Shown here piece after piece: positions 1 to 23,942 of a stretch of DNA of 35,272 bases. The notes under the pieces were generated by a model. It saw only the letters and a list, made by a program, of their open reading frames with translations. It was not told the DNA's origin and did not search any database. The stretch spans positions 1 through 35,272 of the forward strand of contig JBHJMP010000890.1 in NCBI GenBank assembly GCA_043381765.1, given 5' to 3'. The stretch comes from Collodictyon triciliatum (taxonomy: Eukaryota). Made by a program: the position numbers and the translations under genes. Every line of letters begins with the position of its first letter. Position 1 is the first letter of the stretch.

Positions 1-103
1 ATAAAACTATAAAACTATAAAACTATAAAACTATAAAACTATAAAACTATAAAACTATAAAACTATAAAACTATAAAACTATAAAACTATAAAACTATAA
101 AAC
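1..103. repeat. Tandem 8-mer repeat (ATAAAACT)n, about 13 copies, probably intronic
   Basis: Perfect ATAAAACT units from base 1, followed by intron-like sequence ending ...ctgacag at 186. Confidence 0.95.
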
Positions 104-186
104 GATGAAAAACATATTTATAAAAGTTAAAAGATAAATGACACAAAAGAGGCAAGAGATAAATAGTGGACTATGCGCACTGACAG

Positions 187-421
187 GTGGGATCCAAAGC
201 CGGCCATGCAGTATGTAGCCATGAATATGCACAGCCTGGTCGCCTTGTTTCACAACGTCATGTGGCTTGCTCTCCAAACCACGCATCGCAAACGAGCGGC
301 CGAATCCCCATTCGTAAGGAAACACAAAGCACGTCTCTGGGCAAGACTTCAAAAACTCTGCAACGTTGTGGATCGTCTCAGTTTTCTGCCTTTTGGGGCC
401 AACCAAGGAGCTCGAGTCTGA
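187..421 (+). CDS. Probable terminal exon of an unidentified upstream gene
   Basis: Acceptor ctgacag at 186, then a GC-richer open frame WDPKPAMQYVAMNMHSLVALFHNVMWLALQ...GARV ending TGA at 421. No family recognised. It could instead be a 5' exon of the LRR gene. Confidence 0.45.
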
Positions 422-557
422 CTCCATCTTTTCTGCCCAGCGAAGCAAGAGTCCTTGCGCCGCCTCGAAAAAATAACCTCGACAACGAAAGCCAGAAGTC
501 AGAGAGAAAAGTCACAAGGGAGATAAAAAAAAAAATAAACTCCCTGCTCAAGGTCGC

Positions 558-2279
<1,722 letters not shown>

Positions 2280-2524
2280 GAGCTTTAGTTTTCCGACAGA
2301 GAAGTAGAGCAATAGACTTCTAAGAAATAAATAAAAAAAAATATAAAAAAATCACAGAGATGGACACGGATGCTGTTGGATCGATTGTTGACTTAAATCT
2401 ACGGCGAACGAGAGTGTTTGGCATTGTGGGGGAAAATTTGCTTCACTTTAATTGTTTTCCAGCAGGCAAAGGACAAGAGCAGCAAAGAATGGGGATAAAA
2501 TGAAAAACTGGTATCCAGCATATC

Positions 2525-2654
2525 CTAGGACTCTTGGTTGAGTTGCTCCTGAATTGGGTGCAAAACAGACATCGCGCCTGTTCCACAGCGAACCGCTTGC
2601 CCAAACACAATGCGAGAAGACGGCGATTTATTTGATTCATACTCTCCGTATCTA

Positions 2655-2750
<96 letters not shown>

Positions 2751-5700
2751 CATGATTGTCTTCATCATCACAATATATTTTGTTGTTTTTGTAGTGGGCA
2801 TATTTCTCGAGTGAAGAAATACATCTCCTTGGCATTTCACAAACCCACAGCCTAGACTTCAAAGACTAATATCTTGTGTCGCATGCTTTTTGAAATAATA
2901 CGAAAATTGATGGTAGCGAAAGAAACATACAAGGCTGCTTTCATCAAGAACGACATGGACGTTTCGAAGCTGATTTTCTGGAAAGGAGAGATGCAGCCTC
3001 CGATGCCCAAGCGATTGAGGGGCGTGTATCCTCCTTCAAATGTCTTTTGGAAAGGAAAAGAGGTTTATATTTCATGTGAAATAGGATCAAACACATATCG
3101 CAAAATATTGCCAGCTAATAATAAATGAATAAATGAACTTGGGGCTCAAGTTGATTCGCATTCTGTCGCATGTTTTCCGGTTTGTGTAGATTTCATTTAA
3201 AATAAAAAGAAAAAACGAGTCCTGTTTAGATGTACCATGTAGTCTGCAAGAAGAGTGATGTGGCGTTGATCGACTGCAATACCGTAGACATCAAACACCT
3301 TGAAGATTTCCCTAGTGATTGTAGCATGAGCAGCCTCCACGCCTAGCGTTAGATTCTGAGTTCAGTTGCAAGTTGCAACGGATAGTTTACATCCATTTAA
3401 TTATCAAAAAATAAAATAAAAACATAAAAAACAAATTTATAAAAACCGTATGTCTTGAGAATTTGCGCGATGTCGTTGCTTTTAACCGCATTGACATCGA
3501 CTGTATCTCTGAGATTTCCGATCACAGAGAAATTCACTCCTTCTGTCTCTATGTATATCTGATCGAAAATCAAAAGGGAATTTATAGCATAATTGAGTAT
3601 AGCTTCGTGAAGAAAAAGATACAGGAGAGGCAGTCCCTCACAATTGATACCGATGGTTGAGTCTCTAAAAATCAGGGATAGAATGTACAGAAATACCTTG
3701 CATTTATCCTGACTGTCCTCGCGGATGTGACACTTTGAGATTCCCTTTGTGGAGCGCACAAGCACCTGGTAAGTTGGATACATAACTCTTCAGTAATTAC
3801 TCCACGCATGGTGGGGTTTAATGAAAATAGGGGCTTCGAATTTGGTAATCTTTTAATGCCTTTTCTGTAGCACGCTTGACGAGATCGATCATCAAGACTT
3901 TGTGATAAGAAGCAGGAACCTGTATGACGATGAGGTTTATAGCAGACATAAATTTAATAGATGAAGACATTAGCGATGCCATGGCACCAGTCGCTTTAGG
4001 CGCGTCGAATACTATTAATGTGTACAGTGCGCAGTGATTTAGGAAAGGGGTGGGCTGTGTTATTAAAGTAAGTATATACAGTAATTGCGGTGCTGAAATA
4101 TCGCTTTCCGAGATGCATCAATTCTGTTTCGAATGGCAAGGTTGGTTCGCTTTCCGATTCTTTCTGCATTGTCAAAAAAAAAAAAAAAACATGAAACAAA
4201 TAACCACGCATAAACTGGTTTTTTTTATAAGGGAGATATAGTTGGTTGATTCAAAAAAGTTGCAGATAACTAAATAGGAGAAAATCTGGAATGTGAATGA
4301 GGTGCTCTTTTCATTATAAATATAAAACCTTGATTTTCTGCTTCGGAACTACGTCGTCCATTTCCTTATCCTCACCCTCATCCTCATCACCATCGGTGTC
4401 AGAGTCGCCTTCTTTTTGGGGGTCTTTTGAGGTAGAGCGCGAAGACTTTGATGGAGCAACATCATCGTTATCGGCGGCGTTTGTGGGTATGTCATCAGCC
4501 AGTTCGTTCTCCGCAGTCGATTGGTTGTCAGCATCGTCATCGTATTTATTCTAGTGAGCACCGAGTAGTTATGGGATGCGGAGGTTACCGTTTTGTTTGT
4601 TTGTTTGTTTGTTTGTTTGTTTGTTCGAGCAACCGTTTTCTTATCCAAGTAGAAGTTACCTTATCAGTGCGGGACCTTCTCTTGTTTGCCTCCGCACCAA
4701 GCTCCTCGTCATCAACCTCGTCATCAGAATCATCTGCTTGCAAGAAGAGCACAAACAGATCATTTTAAAATAAATTATGTGGTGCTGAGGGAATAACCCG
4801 AGGCAGTCGAAATCTGTCAGGCTAGTTTACAAAATCTATCAACATAACAGTCCAACCTTGGCCTCTTTTTCGGCCATGTCCCTCTTCGTCCTCATTATCA
4901 TCTCCAGCAACGCTCTTTGATCCGATGATAACTCCCATCTCTAGATAAAGAAAAGAGGTTAAGAATAAATTATACGCTATGTGATTTGTCAAAAATTTTA
5001 TGTTCCATATATTTCAGAACACAGTAGCCTTGGAGAGAGACGAAAGAAAGAGTCTGAAATACGAATAGTTGTATAGGGAGAACTTTGGTTTGTTTGCTTA
5101 CTTTCAGCACGTTTTTGTTGATTTTTCTCAAGCTTGAAGACATAATTTAGTTGTGCAACAAACATGGTCTGAAAAGAGAACAATAATTAGAAAGTTGGCG
5201 AAGCTCAACGTCAGAAATAATTGTTGGAATTTGAATTCTATTATCAAAAAATCGAAGATTTCGCTCAAGGAACCCATAAAAGAAAAAGAATAAGAAAAGA
5301 GAAAGGAGAAAAGAGAAAAGAGAAAGAAAAAAGAGAAAGAAAAAAGAGAAAGAAAAAAGAGAAAGAAAAAAGAGAAAGAAAAAAGAGAAAGAAAAAAGAG
5401 AAAGAAAAAAGAGAAAGAAAAAAGAAAAAAGAGAAAAGAGAAAAGAGAAACTTAAGTAATACAAATTAAAGTTCACATCAAAAATGCGCTGCAACTCTTC
5501 CTTTGAAACACCGAAGGAGTCAAGTAAACTGTCATCAGCATAATATAGCCGAACATTGTACGTTCGTGTCGTGTATGCCTTGGACTGCAAGATAACGATT
5601 ACGATACACATTCCATTTGCTCATTTTTAAGAGAATTCGAAATTCGCTGCACGTAAGTGAAAGGCAACCATACAATTGGGTCTCTCCGCGCCTGCTCAAT

Positions 5701-7116
5701 CACAACAATCTCGTCAATGACTTCTGGTAAAGTGACCCTCTGCAAGATCTTACTAATTACCTCAGCCTCTGCGGGTAGTCATAACAATTAAGCTCGAATG
5801 CCTATACATCATACGAGTTGAATCATAGAGTATGATGGTTTTTCAATGAAACCTTGGCGAGTTTTCCCAGGAAAGAGAGGAATTTGCATCAACGGTGTTC
5901 TGATGTGCTGACTTGCTGTCATGATGATTTCACGAAGACGGGGAATACCCAGGGTGACATTAGCCTGGAAAAATGATGGGAATAGAAAAAAATACATTTT
6001 TTTTTATCAAATTAAGCCCATTTGTGATATAAAGATATGAATGTGCCAGTTTCTAGAACGTGTGGAAGTGTCTAGAGTTTTACAGCTCCGTGCCCTGCGA
6101 AGTGGAAAGTATTCAGTGTCATCTGAGTGGATGGTTCTCCAATAGATTGCGCCGCAAGAAGCCTGGTTTTCAAAAGAGACTTTGTCAAGGTTTTTACGTG
6201 GAATAAAATAAAGATTACAAGTCAGACATTGTTTTAATCTTAAAAAAAAAAAAAAAACGGAATCATCGTGAAAAAAAAAAAACGGCATAAACATAAATGT
6301 TAGGCTAATTTATGAGCTTTTACCCTACAGCCTCCCCAGGTTGGATTAGACAGTGGTGATACTTGAGATACATCAACGCGCGGAACTTTTCCTTGGTCAA
6401 TATTCCTATTTTGAATTGAGTTATTTATGAAGATTTGCACGTTTACATGAAGCTGGTGAGCGATGATAAACAAAAGGTTGAAAAGATTAATAAAGCAAAT
6501 ATCAAAAGTATCTAATAAAAATCAAGTCATACCTTTGGAAAACAAGCGGTGTGTTTGGGCTTTTTCCAGATACTACGATATTATTTGCATCAATTTTAAA
6601 GAATGAGATGTAGGTAATAGAGAAATGCTCTTTAGCGCGCTTCATATGAACGATTATGTGTTGACTAAATCGCTGATTGGCACCTGTTCCACATCTGTCT
6701 GATATTTTTCCGAAACAGAGCCCAGGTATTTCGTTGGGTTATAAATGGACATGACCTAGAGGTTGCAAAAATCCAGAACAATAAGTGGAATGAAAATTCA
6801 CGCATTTTCTGTGTTGCATTAGAATTATATCAAACCGGGTCATATTTTTCTGGTGACCTCATAGCTTTCTTCCTGTACTTGATGGCCTTGGATGGATTCA
6901 ATACTTTTGCAGCCATTTCTTTTTTTTTTTTTAACGAGTTGACGTGATTATTAATTCGTATAATAATAAATCAAGGAAGCATCCAAACAGGATGTAAGTG
7001 TATTATATACCAGGATTAAATTGATTCAGGAAGCTCGCGTAATTGTTCGCAAAGAACTCGGGTTTCTCCAAGAACTTCGTTTTGGTTGGGTCTAAAGAGT
7101 CCTCTCCGTAGTAGAA
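2525..7116 (-). CDS. RPA1: DNA-directed RNA polymerase I largest subunit, 3' part (5' part lost at gap)
   Basis: Spliced motifs [64 protein letters not shown], an acidic insertion at ~4330-4920, [50 protein letters not shown]...[11 protein letters not shown], and [17 protein letters not shown]...TAG at 2525. The acidic insertion and lack of a heptad CTD indicate Pol I. Confidence 0.96.
2657..2750. repeat. (TAT)n microsatellite in last RPA1 intron
   Basis: Directly visible; explains the poly-N/Y/I ORFs. Confidence 0.95.
5281..5450. repeat. Purine-only AAAG/AGAG-based tandem repeat in RPA1 intron
   Basis: Repeated gagaaagaaaaaa-type units; a polypyrimidine tract on the coding strand. Confidence 0.85.
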
Positions 7117-7135
7117 CTAAGATATATAAGCATGG

Positions 7136-7733
7136 NNNNNNNNNNNNNNNNNNNNNNNNNNNNNNNNNNNNNNNNNNNNNNNNNNNNNNNNNNNNNNNNN
7201 NNNNNNNNNNNNNNNNNNNNNNNNNNNNNNNNNNNNNNNNNNNNNNNNNNNNNNNNNNNNNNNNNNNNNNNNNNNNNNNNNNNNNNNNNNNNNNNNNNNN
7301 NNNNNNNNNNNNNNNNNNNNNNNNNNNNNNNNNNNNNNNNNNNNNNNNNNNNNNNNNNNNNNNNNNNNNNNNNNNNNNNNNNNNNNNNNNNNNNNNNNNN
7401 NNNNNNNNNNNNNNNNNNNNNNNNNNNNNNNNNNNNNNNNNNNNNNNNNNNNNNNNNNNNNNNNNNNNNNNNNNNNNNNNNNNNNNNNNNNNNNNNNNNN
7501 NNNNNNNNNNNNNNNNNNNNNNNNNNNNNNNNNNNNNNNNNNNNNNNNNNNNNNNNNNNNNNNNNNNNNNNNNNNNNNNNNNNNNNNNNNNNNNNNNNNN
7601 NNNNNNNNNNNNNNNNNNNNNNNNNNNNNNNNNNNNNNNNNNNNNNNNNNNNNNNNNNNNNNNNNNNNNNNNNNNNNNNNNNNNNNNNNNNNNNNNNNNN
7701 NNNNNNNNNNNNNNNNNNNNNNNNNNNNNNNNN
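7136..7733. other. Assembly gap (598 N)
   Basis: Run of n characters. Confidence 1.
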
Positions 7734-7825
7734 ACAATTTAATAAATTAATGTATGCTTTGGTTACATCGAAATCTTATTATTATTTTAATAAAGGAATA
7801 AATGACAAAATATCTGAATATTTAC

Positions 7826-16757
<8,932 letters not shown>

Positions 16758-17684
16758 ACTCGGCTTTGGAGTTGGACTTTGAATAGTAGTAAAAATAAAT
16801 AAAATACAAACATACACTTAAAAAAATATACATAAAAAATGAACTATTAAAATAAGATAATCACAACGTAACGCAACGCAGATATGGAAACCCTGTGTTG
16901 AAAGCTTGCGGGATCTCAAAAGGTTGGATCGGTTATCAAAACCGTGCAGTTTCGCAAGCGTCTCGTTGTGCTTTCCGCTGTTTTACGAATTTAAAATTCC
17001 ACGTTTGTTCGTTCTTTTGTTATTCTGGAAAATATATGTGTTCGAGAAAGCTGCAGTTTGACAAGGTTTTGATTTTCAGATTTTAAATTCTTTGTATGTT
17101 TGTTTTGTTTTATTTTTTTTTTTGTCTTTTTCTCTGTATCGCACAAGGCTTTCCAGCCACGAAGGAGAATCACCCAATCGGAATTTCAGCTGCAAATAGA
17201 CACATGACTCCCGAAAACACCAAATTGTCTAATATCAATAAACTAAATATATATTGTATATTTTATATTATACGTCATGTGTAATGGAATCATAAATTTG
17301 AAATTAGTAATATATAATTAAATTCCAAATATGTATATGCCTACAACCCGTCAAATGTCATATTACCTGCAGTGTCGAACCACAAGCAATTACCATATGT
17401 TCTCAACGAACTCTTTCTCAAAAGTTTTCAGTGGAATTAATTGCGCGCGTTCTGACTGAGGTCAACGCACAGAGCCGCGTTTTCCGTATATCACATGATC
17501 GCTGCCAGTCAAGAAACCAAGAACCGACAGAACGCCATTTATGTTGCTCTCCTGCTCGCGCATTGAAGCTCCAGAGCACATCTTTTACGACACCCTAATG
17601 GGCCCGCAAGGGCGAATAGAAAAAAAAAATAGGCGCGACAACAATCTCTTACCAATTTCTGGATTAAAGGCAGGGTCAGAAACC
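16758..17684. promoter_or_regulatory. Divergent (head-to-head) promoter region between SEC7/BIG and the cyclase-like gene
   Basis: Inferred from gene orientation only; no specific motif identified. Confidence 0.5.
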
Positions 17685-20600
17685 ATGAGACGAGGTACCG
17701 CACGCGTGTCCCCAGAACCAAGACCTTCCTGTGAACCAGGCAAAGTCAAAGCAACTACCAGCGTGGACTCATCGGAGCCGAGCTCAAGTGTTGTTCGCTA
17801 CGCTTCTCACAAAGTGATAGGTGGTCGACTTGTTATGGATGTGAAAGAGTTAATTGTTTCATCCTCGAATTTGGGGTGGCAGGGCGAAGGTGGGCGGGCT
17901 TATGGAGAAAATGATGACCTGGCGCTCTCCTCGTCGGACACGAAAGTTTCATCTAGGTCTCTATCTTTAAGTGCCCTCCTCGACTCAAATAAGGACCCAG
18001 AATTGGAACGTGTGGCAAAGACAAAAATGAGCAAGTTTGATTTGAGGTAGTTTTTTTTTTTCACATACTCTCAATCTTTTTAATTTTTTAAAATAATTTT
18101 CATACATCCGAACTCTGCATAAAATACGTATCTTCCGTGATAATGAAATAACTATACCTGGACCAAACAAAATGGAATACAACTATGCTTTTTTTAAGAT
18201 GGCTGCGAGAAAAATATATATTTTACTGTTCAAAATCAGGTTCAATTTTCCCGATTACGAAAGCGAATTTATTGAATTGATGGCTGAAGGAAAGAGCAAA
18301 ATGTACAATCTTCTTTTAGGCTCTATACTCCTCTTCATAGTTATCTTAATGGTCGACGTTTGGGATAATTTGTATGTGTCTATTTCTGCTTCTATGAAAA
18401 AAAAAACCATGATAACAAAAAAAAAATGAATCAGAACCAACAGACATGTAGATTGTACGTTCTTAAAGCTCAATTAATCATCATTTTGATTAGTTTAGTG
18501 TAACCTGGATTATAATATTATAGAGTGGGTCGACTCGTTTGCGTGTTCAACATATTTTCTTTATTTACACTTTTTGTCCTATTCCGCACGGGCTTTTTCA
18601 AAAGGTTTCAAACCATTTAATTACTTATTCATGTATTCATATTATCGTGCATTATTAATCTGTAGTTGATGGATTTATGTTGATTGATGGTCATTCTTTT
18701 ATTGAATTCAGTATAATCTAGGTCAAAATAAGTTCATGCATTAATTCTGGACCTACGTCCATATGATATGCGCCGTGTTTTTTTTATTTGCATGATATGT
18801 TTACTAACACTCTATTCTTTCTCTCTCAGTGAAAGAAGGTATCATGTTGCCTGGGTTTCCATTTTCATAATTTCATACAGCTCCTTTATCGTCATAAACT
18901 ATTATTCGATGGACCAAACTTTTCCCATCATCTCGTTCATAGCGATATACGTAAGAACTCGTTAAGTAATTGAAATAGATAATTGCTGATAATTGAAATG
19001 TATATTATGGTAGTCATTTTCTAAGACACTAACAAAATCATTGAACCATGTTAACACTAGGTATACAGCTGCAGTGTGAGAACTAAATTCTCATCATCTT
19101 ACAAAATCATGATTGCCACCGTTTTTATTCAGTGTCTCTTAATGCTGGTAACGATGGATATTTCTGTTTGTTGGACATATTGGGTGGTATTGGGTCTCAA
19201 ATTGATGGCTGGCCTCTTCACCCAACGATATCTCGAAAAATCCGAGAGGCTGTAAGTTGACAATTTTTAATTTTTTAACGAAATTCCTTTGAGTAAATTT
19301 AATTCACGCATAGCGCATTCTTGATGTTGAAGAAGGGGAACATATCAAATAAGATATTTTTGAATCAAATAAAGTCATCCAATGAAGTTCTTCATGCAAT
19401 TTACCCTGGGTAAGGTCTTACTGTTTTATCTTATATACCGGACCCAAACCATGCTTAATTTGATATTTTTTTTTATTATTTTTTTATAAAAAAAACACAC
19501 AATTTACTTGTAGAGATATCGCAAAAAGAGCCATTTTTAAAGATACGAGCGAAATATTTTATCATGGTTTTGGGTCTATTCTATTGGTTTCTATCGAAAA
19601 AATTGTATCAGAAGAGACCATGGCGCCTAAGAAAACTATTAATAAATTGTTAGAGAGGTAAATATCACCATAATTTAATTAAATTTACCATTCAAGTTGC
19701 AATTCGTAATACCTTCTACTAAATTAACTTGATTAAATTCCTTTTATAATTCGGAAATGGTAAGTGAGTTGGTCTCTGTTTTGCCAAGGTGCTGATTTAA
19801 CTGTTTCATATGAATATAATTCTAACCTTTCAAATATTGGATGGGTATATCCTTAATGTAATTTTAATTTCAAAAATGCAGGTTTAATGTCAATATAATA
19901 AAGCGTGGAGGCAAGATTCTCTGTTTATATAAATATAAACTGATCGGTTTTGCTTATCTATTTGTTTATTATTTTATTATTTTATTATTTTATTTAATTG
20001 AGTGTATCGGATTGCATCTGTATTTTTCTAACAAAATTACTTTATTTAAATTTTACCTCGAATGCGTTGAAAATAGGTACTTATTACCTGGTAAGCTCAT
20101 TCTTATTTTTGCTTGATTAAGGAAATTGGATTTATTTGACTCATCAATTTTGATAACTGTAGTGCGAATGCGGTATAATTGAAGTGGCAAATGACCCTAT
20201 ATCAGCTATAATATCAGCATGGGCTGAAATTCAATGCAATCTATCCGCGGTTCTACACGATAGCGAGCTACTGCGAAATAAAGTAAGTTACTTTTGATCT
20301 GCCATTTTTTATTGTGCGGTTTCTGCAATATGATATAATAAGCCTATCATTTCCTCAGCTTTATTTTTTTTTTAATGATGATACAAAGATACACGCTACA
20401 ATCACATCTGGGCGGTTTTATGGAGGAATTATTAAGCATCCTCGGGACTCCTTTGAGTTATTTGGGGAAAGTATTATGATGTCTTATTTTTGGAGTATAA
20501 CCCGATGTTATTACCATTATTTTTGTCATCCACAGGTAGATCACTAATGTTTTCAACCAATCCTAACGCAGATTTAGGATGTCTTATGGATCGCATGGCC

Positions 20601-21186
20601 CATGGGAACTTGTCTGGTACAGTAGCAGATGAAAGAACATGGACTAAAATCAAAAGCCAGGTAACCAAATAGAAGGAAAATAACTATCATGATTGATATA
20701 TCGATATATTGATCGATTTAAATAATACATCTTTGATTTAAGTATCAGATGGACCATTTGCTCCCCTCATCTGAAAAAATTGGGAACCAGCTTTGGACAC
20801 AAATTCCAGAATCATTTCTGCTTTCAACCAATCAGACTGGAACAACACGCCCTATGACACTTGCTAAAATTGGTCCTCATGAGGTTAGCATTTTATATAA
20901 TAGAAATTTTAATTTTTTTTTGGCTGAACTCAGACATGCTGGCTCTCCTTTCACAAAAAACTTGTTGCACTAACACAAAACATTTTAATACTTCAAAATA
21001 TGAAGGTGGAGGACCTCACCTCATTTATAGACCATGAAACGAAAGCTTACGACAAATTGTTTTCTACATCAAAGTCTACTCTTGTTTCTAAAATCAGATA
21101 CTCCGCAATGTGAGTATCATATTATTTTCTTCTGGCCCCGAAAGTTTTTGAAATTGATTTTAATTTTAATTTTTAATTGTTTTTTT

Positions 21187-21240
<54 letters not shown>

Positions 21241-23942
21241 GAGCTAATTCTTCAAAAAAAAAAATTACCCATGGAGCAACCTTTCTAATGCAATATTCAT
21301 ACACTTGAAGGGTTTTGATGTTCGCTTTGTGCTTGGTCGCATCTTTTTTCTCAATTTTGGAGTATGGTAAAATCAGACATGTCCTTGGAAAACACTCGAA
21401 CGAATTCTTTATCTATGTTGGAATACGATTCGGGTTTTTCCACTGTGTTACAATCTTGATATTTCTTGGATATGCTTTTGGCATCACAACAGGGATTTAT
21501 TCAGACACGCAAAGATATGCAATTAGACATACTCCAATCCTGACCTGCTGTTTATTCAGTTGCATCAGTGCGATGAAATGTTTTTGGTTGGCATATCATC
21601 CTGATTTTTCCTCTGATGAAGTTGCCGCAAGATTGTCAATATCAGAATCATTCTTTTCTGTTATATTCATAATGGCTTCACCATATCTTAACTTTCAGAA
21701 ATATCGCTTATTCTTTATTACTTGGGCTGTAATTATGGGATATAGCGATCTAAGCATCACTGGAACTGATAAGTATAAAGCCATATACATCAAATCCATC
21801 TTATGTGCATAAAATTCACTAGTTACTAAGACAATCTCATATTACAGCAAAAAAAATTCACAAGCGGTGCTGATACTTGTAAAATACGCTCTCTTTGTCC
21901 TGCTACTGGATATTGGCTCTTCGTACCAAAAGAAGATATTTGAAATGGTTGAAACCAGACGGCAAGAAGCTGTGACGGTAAAACTGTTGAATTGCGAATG
22001 TTGTCTGTAAAGTTGTCCAACATCTCAAATCATATATATATTTTAACCGGCTTTGCATTAGAAAACAAAAAGAGTGGATGCCTATCAGGGCCGCATCGAG
22101 TCAATCATCCTCTCAGTCTTGCCGCATGCCTTATACGAAAAATTGAAGGCTGACCAGCACCAACCTCCTTCTCTCTCACGTGAATGTTGCGTCCTTTCCA
22201 TCGAGTTTACAAACCTGCTTTCCTTGCTTCAATCAAACCCACCCAGCGAGCGTCTCGCGGAAATACAAGGTAAGACTTTGGTTTTCATGTGGCGAATGGT
22301 CACAAGCTCTCGCTTTGTTGCAAAATAAAAGAAGATCATGGGCACAGACTGTCATGCAGACAGCTTATATATCCTGATATTTGCTCTTTTCTTCCTTTTT
22401 CTTTCTCTTTTCTTTTTGTTTCTTCTTTTTCTTCCTTTCTTTTTCTTTTGCATAATTCATACTTGATACCCAGGCCTATACTCCACCCTGCGAGCTGCAG
22501 CTGAGCTCTACGAGATCGAAGGCGTACGCACAGTCAACACTACTCTAGTGGTAATTCGAGCTGATATCTCCTCAAAAATCTAAAATATGTTTTCTTGTTT
22601 TCTTGTTTTCTTGTTTTGTAATAACAATGATAACAATGGTAACAATAATACTGCTCATGTGTATCGTTCCAGAGCTGGCTATTGTAATCCCAACCGAAAA
22701 AAAAATAAATAAAGAATACTGACAAATCTTCGGACAGTTTGTCTGCGGACTACACTCGGCAACAGCAAGGTCCGTACAGCAATGTCTCAACTTCAGCTTA
22801 CAGGTACTTCTATGCGAATACACACAAGGAAACGGGGGGAAAAATAACAGAACTCGAGCTGGGCGTCTCAGATGCTATGAAGACAAGGCGTCACATTTCA
22901 CTGGATCACTAGGTCGCGTCTGTTGCTGCACAAATAAATAGGGACTGGGTAAGTCAATTGGAAAGTAAAATCAGCATCAGCTTCGGCAAAGTGATGAACG
23001 GATTTGTGGGTTTGTATCCCAGACTTAAGCAGCGCGAGCGTTGTGACTATATCTTTGCACCTGAATAACACAACCATGAATCATTATAAATTGATTGTTG
23101 CTATTGTTATTGTTAATATCATTGTTACTATGATTATTATTAGGTTTATTACTAATTTATCACTAATTTATCACTAATTTATTACTAATTTATTACTAAT
23201 TTATTACTAATTTATTACTAATTTATTATTACGCACCACAGTGGGGTGCAGGCTGTCGTTCGATGTATGGGGCGAAGTTGGTGCGTGAGGCGATTATTCA
23301 TTAATATTGTATGATGATGCAAAAGGGGTGAAATAGAAGACAAACCATAGCAATAATGACAGAATACATATCCATTTTCTTTTTTATTTTATTTTGGTTT
23401 ATTTTATTTTATTTTATTTTATTTTATTTTATTTTATTTTATTTTATTTTACTTAATTTTATTTTATATTACTTAATTTTACTTTATTCTCCTAGCAACT
23501 TTTTGACTTGTAATTTTTAACGGTATGCTCTGTAGTCGACGAGAGTCTCGGGATGCTTTACAGTACAGCTGGAAGGGAAATACAAGTATTAAGCCTATTT
23601 TTTTCTATGTTTTCTCCTCTTTTTTTTTTTCCATTCTCTCTGTCTTCTCTTCTCCCTTTGTTCTTAATTTCTTTGGATTAGTTTATACATATTCTTCTTT
23701 TCAATTTTGTAAAGGATGGTGAATTTCTTTGGATGAATAGAAAAGCAAACGTCCAAGCACGCACTGAAAAAAAGTAATATATTTATGATTTTCAGGTGTC
23801 ACCCAGAGTCGCAGCCATATCAAAGAAATGGGCAGAGTACACAATAAGTCAGAGAACAACGGATGAGGGTACACGGTACTACCTGGAGCCTATTGTGGAT
23901 ATGTGGGCGTACTACGTGAAGCAGGTCATCGAGCTGGATTGA
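17685..23942 (+). CDS. Membrane class III adenylyl/guanylyl-cyclase-like protein (TM bundle - cyclase domain - TM bundle - cyclase domain), probably catalytically degenerate
   Basis: LR|FNFPDYESEF before TM block 1, helical domain EKSERL|AFL...NEVLHAIYPGDIA. Domain 1: SILLVSIEK...FNVNIIKRG|GTYYL|CECG...IHATITSGRFYGGII...FELFGE|NLGCLMDRM. Second TM block at ~21300-21950, then ESIILSVLPHALYEKL. Domain 2: CVLSIEFTNL...EGVRTVNTTLV|FVCGL...KISISFGKVMNGFV|VGCRLSFDVWGEV|VDESLGMLYSTAGREIQ|VS; TGA at 23940-23942. Start could be 17541, 17598 or 17685. Confidence 0.88.
23145..23230. repeat. 11-mer minisatellite (TTTATTACTAA/TTTATCACTAA)n in cyclase intron
   Basis: About 7-8 visible units just upstream of the acceptor at 23241. 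Confidence 0.9.
23381..23485. repeat. (ATTTT)n pentamer repeat in cyclase intron
   Basis: Directly visible. Confidence 0.9.

Noticed and set aside
1-103. Possible telomeric repeat at the window start
   Set aside because: The unit ATAAAACT has no G/C-cluster typical of telomeres and runs into intron-like sequence with an acceptor, so it is better explained as an intronic minisatellite.
3921-4080. Apparent in-frame TAA, micro-exon or non-canonical intron in RPA1 (…[12 protein letters not shown])
   Set aside because: A single canonical GT-AG intron gives [19 protein letters not shown] in frame, so no recoding is needed.
21180-21366. Poly(A)-tailed SINE or U6-like retrocopy on the minus strand (two copies)
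   Set aside because: The copy includes a coding exon of the cyclase TM region, lacks the U6 ACAGAGA box and A/B boxes, and shows no target-site duplications; the second copy looks artefactual.
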